Shown piece by piece: positions 60,231 to 64,000 of a DNA stretch of 64,000 bases. A model generated the notes under the pieces. The model did not search any database. It had not been told where the DNA came from and saw only the letters and a list, made by a program, of their open reading frames with translations. Location: the NCBI GenBank assembly GCA_964394725.1, contig CAYMYS010000001.1:1763-65762 (forward strand). Reading direction: 5' to 3'. Each line of letters opens with the position of its first letter. Positions within the stretch are counted from its first letter, which is position 1. The stretch is from an uncultured Syntrophaceae bacterium (GTDB lineage Bacteria > Desulfobacterota > Syntrophia > Syntrophales > UBA2210). The position numbers and the translations under genes were made by a program.

Positions 60231-61646
60231 CTAGGAAGCAACAACTCTCAATCCGCTCTCTATGAAGGGAAACTCATCTTCACTAATTGTCCTGAGATCG
60301 AAGAGCAGCTCTTCTTCCGATATCCGCGTGATGATGGGAACATCGAGTCCCCGTAATCGTTCTTCCGCCCTGCCGGCCGACATGTTCTTGGTCTGAACCG
60401 ACAATAAGACCGTGGAAATCTCCTGAGTCGGAAGAGAACCACCCCCTGCTATAGCCGTGCCCTCCTTCAGTGAAAGGGTCACGCCATCAATGGACGCCCG
60501 GCTTAACAACGCAAGAAGTCTCTCCGCCCGACCTGCGACCGCTTCCAGCGGCTCAGTCAGGGCCCTCACTGTTCCTATGTGAAGCAGCGCATCATGGGGA
60601 TCGAGATAGTGTTTCATCGTCCCTTCCAGGGCGGCAAGTGTCAACTTATCGATCCGCAAGGCCCGGTTCAGGGGATTCTTTTTAATCCTGCCGATGACAT
60701 CCCTCTTCCCCATAACGATCCCCGCCTGAGGGCCGCCCAGCAGTTTATCGCCGCTGAAGGTCACCACATCTACTCCCGTCTGCAGGATCTCCTGCACCGT
60801 CGGTTCTCGCTCAAATCCGAATCTCCCCAGATCAATAAAACAACCACTCCCCAGATCATCCATGAGGGGAATCCCATGCTGCTTGCCGAGAGCAACCAGT
60901 TGAGAAAGTTCCACCTCTTCCGTAAATCCGGTAATCCGGAAGTTGCTCGTGTGGACCTTCATGATAAGGCCTGTTTCATTACCGATGGCATGCTCGTAAT
61001 CTTTAAGATGGGTCCTGTTTGTCGTTCCCACCTCTCTGAGAATAGCCCCGCTCTTTTCCATGACCTCGGGTATACGGAACTCTCCGCCGATTTCGATCAG
61101 CTCTCCCCTGGATACTATTGATTCCCTCTCTTCAGACAGCGTATTTAAAACCAGCAATACGGCGGCGGCGTTGTTATTGACAATCAACCCATCCTCCGCC
61201 CCTGAAATGAGGCACAGGATCTCTATGACATGGTCATATCTCAGACCCCTCTTCCCCCGGACCAGATCAAATTCGAGGTTTGAATAGCCCCTGCCCACCT
61301 CTACAATCCTTTCAAGGGCCTCTTCACAGAGTGGCGCCCTGCCCAGATTTGTATGTAAAATAACACCCGTCGCATTGACAACGCGCCGAAGGTTGTAACG
61401 GCGGAGTCTCATCAGTCTTTCTTTCACCGCCAAGGCCGCTCCTTCAACAGTCACGACGGGGGGAGGTGTTTCCCCCTTTTCCCCGGCAGCAAGAATCGAC
61501 TGCCTTATCGTATCGACTACCTCCCTGCATGCAGGAACGACAAGGTCCCTGGCAAAATTACCGAGGAGAGATTCTTTCTCAAGAAAGAGTAACAGGTCAT
61601 CGATTTTGGGAATTTCTCTCAATAATTTTTGTGTATTATTGTCCAT
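60231..61646 (-). CDS. selA: L-seryl-tRNA(Sec) selenium transferase
   Basis: 471 aa. 'NNNAAAVLL' and the PLP-lysine region 'FSGDKLLGGPQAGI'. Confidence 0.9.
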   Translation of the reverse strand: MDNNTQKLLREIPKIDDLLLFLEKESLLGNFARDLVVPACREVVDTIRQSILAAGEKGETPPPVVTVEGAALAVKERLMRLRRYNLRRVVNATGVILHTNLGRAPLCEEALERIVEVGRGYSNLEFDLVRGKRGLRYDHVIEILCLISGAEDGLIVNNNAAAVLLVLNTLSEERESIVSRGELIEIGGEFRIPEVMEKSGAILREVGTTNRTHLKDYEHAIGNETGLIMKVHTSNFRITGFTEEVELSQLVALGKQHGIPLMDDLGSGCFIDLGRFGFEREPTVQEILQTGVDVVTFSGDKLLGGPQAGIVMGKRDVIGRIKKNPLNRALRIDKLTLAALEGTMKHYLDPHDALLHIGTVRALTEPLEAVAGRAERLLALLSRASIDGVTLSLKEGTAIAGGGSLPTQEISTVLLSVQTKNMSAGRAEERLRGLDVPIITRISEEELLFDLRTISEDEFPFIESGLRVVAS

Positions 61647-61650
61647 AGAG

Positions 61651-62901
61651 TTATGTGTTCCGATCAGAGTTAAGGCAAAAATCTCTGAAGTTATTGACGG
61701 CCGTAAAAAACTCTCGCATCATGATGACCCAGTAATAACGTCCCCTGTCAGTCAGGGACAGGGTCCCCCGATTATAGCGCAGTCCTCCTGCAATCATGAA
61801 GGCGGGGATATCTTTCCAGAGATAGGGAAGGTATTTTCTTCCGTATTTTTTCCTCAACGATGCCATATCGAGTTCCATACCGAAGAGTTTCATCAAAAAG
61901 TCATAGCGAACCTGCTCCTGGAATGAAAAACGACGGCATGCCATAAGGGGCAATTCCTTCTTCTTCAAGCGGGCAATATACTCCGGGATATTGAATGTGT
62001 TGGCATAACATCGCCCCCCCAGATAACCGATGGAACCGCTCCCCAGTCCGGCATATTCGCCATAGTTCACAATATACTCGTCGATCATGGCATCCTTTCG
62101 GGAAAAGCACCATGCCGAAGAAGAGCAATAGTGGGGGCTTAATCTCTTTACTATCATGTCGTAAAAGACCTTTTCCTTGCCATAATCGATTCTTCCCAGT
62201 GTCTTGGTCACATCCTTGCGCGTCGAATCGGAAACCATGAGCGGGTAATAGGTAACCTGATCGACACCTGTCTCTATGAGGGCATCCAGATCGAACTTCA
62301 TCTTTTCAGCCGTCTGAGTGGGAAAATTAAAGATCATGTCGGCATTGAGGGTATCAAAATACCCCAGAGTATCCTTCAAACGCTTACGCATTTCACTGCC
62401 GCTTCCGTATTTATCGTATCTCCCCATAGACCTCAGGAGTTCTTCGTCAAAACTCTGGACACCGACTGAAAGCCTGTTGACGCCCGCCCTTTTTAAGACA
62501 GTCAGATTCTTCTCCGTCAAGTGATTCGGATTGGTTTCTACGGAAATTTCCCCTATGCTGAAAGAGTCTCCGGCAACCTGCAAGGTCTTCTCCAGTTCAT
62601 CGGGAAGGACAGTAGGGGTACCACCCCCCACATATATGGCTCCAAAGTCATACCCTCGTTCCCTGTAGATTCCTATTTCTTCGCGCAGCGCCTCAAAATA
62701 CCGGCGGCAGAGAGCTTCATCAAAGAGTACTCTATTAAAGGAACAATAGGGACAGAGACTTTCACAGAATGGTACATGTATGTAGAGGAGACGGTTGGGC
62801 GACATATCGCCCCGGGGGAGCGAGACGGCACTCCCATCATCAAATTGCATGGCCTGCGAAAACTGTCTCCGGGCCATCATTGTTATAAATTTACTGATCA
62901 T
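61651..62901 (-). CDS. HemN/HemZ-like coproporphyrinogen-III-oxidase-family radical SAM protein
   Basis: 'YIHVPFCESLCPYCSFN' and 'YVGGGTPT'. 4-nt gap to selA. Confidence 0.8.
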   Translation of the reverse strand: MISKFITMMARRQFSQAMQFDDGSAVSLPRGDMSPNRLLYIHVPFCESLCPYCSFNRVLFDEALCRRYFEALREEIGIYRERGYDFGAIYVGGGTPTVLPDELEKTLQVAGDSFSIGEISVETNPNHLTEKNLTVLKRAGVNRLSVGVQSFDEELLRSMGRYDKYGSGSEMRKRLKDTLGYFDTLNADMIFNFPTQTAEKMKFDLDALIETGVDQVTYYPLMVSDSTRKDVTKTLGRIDYGKEKVFYDMIVKRLSPHYCSSSAWCFSRKDAMIDEYIVNYGEYAGLGSGSIGYLGGRCYANTFNIPEYIARLKKKELPLMACRRFSFQEQVRYDFLMKLFGMELDMASLRKKYGRKYLPYLWKDIPAFMIAGGLRYNRGTLSLTDRGRYYWVIMMREFFTAVNNFRDFCLNSDRNT

Positions 62902-63042
62902 GATATCCGGTATTACTCCTTTTACTAAAAGAATGTCGGTAACATATCAAGATTTGTACAAATATTCAACGCCATTGAAATAAAAGTTCTTTAATGTTAT
63001 AAACAAGGCATTACATTACATCACATTACAAGAGAAAGAGAC

Positions 63043-63612
63043 ATGAAAACAAAAGAAAAATTATACACACTATGGAGCGACAATCAGATCAACGAAGAGG
63101 AAATGCGTTTTTTGAAGCAAAAGTGCAAGGATGTACCCATCCCCTTTGACTCGGCAGGGGGAAAAGACATTAAGACCCTGGTGGAAGACTTTCTGAAACG
63201 GGATGACGCCCTCGGTCTTGCGGCCCCCCAGATAGGAATCAGCAAAAAGATTACCGTCTTTAAGAGTAAAAATTTAGACGACAGGAAACCGATAAAGTGT
63301 GAACGTGATTACGATGTACTGGTAAATCCGAGGATTACACAATTCAGGGGTGAAAAGGAAAAAATGATGGAAGGATGCCTGTCATGCCCCGATATCAATG
63401 TGGAGGTGGAACGATACACCGAAATCAAGGTGAGGGCCTACGACGGTAAGGGTCAAAAGATCAGCAAGCGTTACACTGGATTTCTTGCCCGCATCGTGCA
63501 GCATGAATGCGACCACCTGGAGGGGATACTCATCGTGGACAGGGGAAGCAGGATCCAGTATCCCGAAGAAAAGGCGGACTTCTTCAATTCCATCTTTCAC
63601 AGTGAATCATAA
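63043..63612 (+). CDS. def: Peptide deformylase
   Basis: 'GLAAPQIG', 'EGCLSCP' and 'QHECDHLEG'. Confidence 0.92.
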   Translation: MKTKEKLYTLWSDNQINEEEMRFLKQKCKDVPIPFDSAGGKDIKTLVEDFLKRDDALGLAAPQIGISKKITVFKSKNLDDRKPIKCERDYDVLVNPRITQFRGEKEKMMEGCLSCPDINVEVERYTEIKVRAYDGKGQKISKRYTGFLARIVQHECDHLEGILIVDRGSRIQYPEEKADFFNSIFHSES

Positions 63613-63622
63613 CAGTAAAACA

Positions 63623-63664
63623 CCCCGCACCATGGTGCGGGGGATGCGATCGCTGTTTCAGTTC
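63623..63664 (+). repeat. Variant copy (c7) of the composite palindromic element, lacking the ATTGAAG box
   Basis: CCCCGCACCATGGTGCGGGGGATGCGATCGCTGTTTCAGTTC. The first 20 nt form a perfect palindrome, and the 3' arm GCTGTTTCAGTTC matches c2. Confidence 0.6.
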
Positions 63665-63681
63665 GCAGTAAGGATTCAGTG

Positions 63682-64000
63682 ATGTCGAAATATACAATAA
63701 TCATCCTATCCCTTTTGCTTGCCCTCATTTTGGCTGGGTGCCGTGCCACCGTCAATTTCCCTCTTATTTCCGCGACTCAGGCCCTTCAGGAACAGGTAAT
63801 CGAAGGAGAGGGTAAAGACAAGATACTTCTGATCAATATTTCCGGTTTTATTTCCAGCAAGAAACAATCCCTTTCACTATTGTCCAAGGGACCTTCCCTC
63901 CAGGAAGAGATCCGTGAAGCCCTCCAAAAGGCCGAAGCCGATCATGCGATAGGGGGCGTTGTTCTCAGGATCAATTCGCCGGGCGGTACGATCACCTCCA
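63682..64000 (+). CDS. sppA: Signal peptide peptidase SppA (S49 family), 5' part only (runs off the window)
   Basis: Not in the ORF track because no stop is reached. ATG at 63682. Lipoprotein-like signal 'LLLALILAGC', then 'VVLRINSPGGT', typical of SppA 36K. Confidence 0.75.
   Translation, partial: MSKYTIIILSLLLALILAGCRATVNFPLISATQALQEQVIEGEGKDKILLINISGFISSKKQSLSLLSKGPSLQEEIREALQKAEADHAIGGVVLRINSPGGTITS

Overview
This is a 64-kb chromosomal window at roughly 50% GC. The gene content (selA, split transketolase, possibly PPi-type PFK, TRAP transporter plus acetoin-type dehydrogenase) suggests an anaerobic Gram-negative organism of a Thermodesulfobacteriota/Syntrophia-like type, but I cannot verify the taxon. 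All protein calls rest on motifs I recognise in the supplied translations; no searches were run.

Layout:
1. 1.2-9.1 kb: an accessory, defence-type island. It carries an AlbA_2/Schlafen-like protein, a RadC-JAB protein, and an N6-adenine methyltransferase whose N-terminus is a PD-(D/E)xK HsdR_N-like module. That methyltransferase is translationally coupled to an HsdS gene, no hsdR is present, and an orphan 635-aa SWIM protein follows.
2. 9.3-20.3 kb: one long minus-strand catabolic operon (SDR, VOC, TRAP dctPQM, SDR, E1-alpha/E1-beta/E2/E3 of an acetoin/2-oxoacid-type dehydrogenase), preceded by a near-consensus promoter.
3. 20.5-25.2 kb: a sugar-phosphate module (split transketolase, rpiB, PFK, class II FBA).
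4. 25.2-29.2 kb: a degraded patch. rsgA is bracketed by two decayed paralogous fragments of a DNA-methyltransferase-like gene, next to an orphan radical SAM gene and a truncated alanine/cation symporter.
5. 29-64 kb: housekeeping genes (lipA, S1-domain protein, dksA, hldC, comF, rsfS, purA, serA, serC, radA, dut-pnp-rpsO-truB-nrnA-rbfA-DUF503-infB-nusA-rimP, tRNA-Gly(CCC), hisD, murA, prmC, prfA, rpmE, rho, pgeF, rluD, selA, HemN-like gene, def, sppA).

The most striking signal not explained by genes is a dispersed composite palindromic element of about 45-50 nt. It reads ATTGAAGC, then a CCCCGCAA/TTGCGGGG hairpin, then AAT, then GCTCACTGTTCAGTTC. There are 6-7 copies, all in the same orientation, always intergenic, and often abutting stop codons. 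No CRISPR array, transposase, integrase or rRNA was seen.
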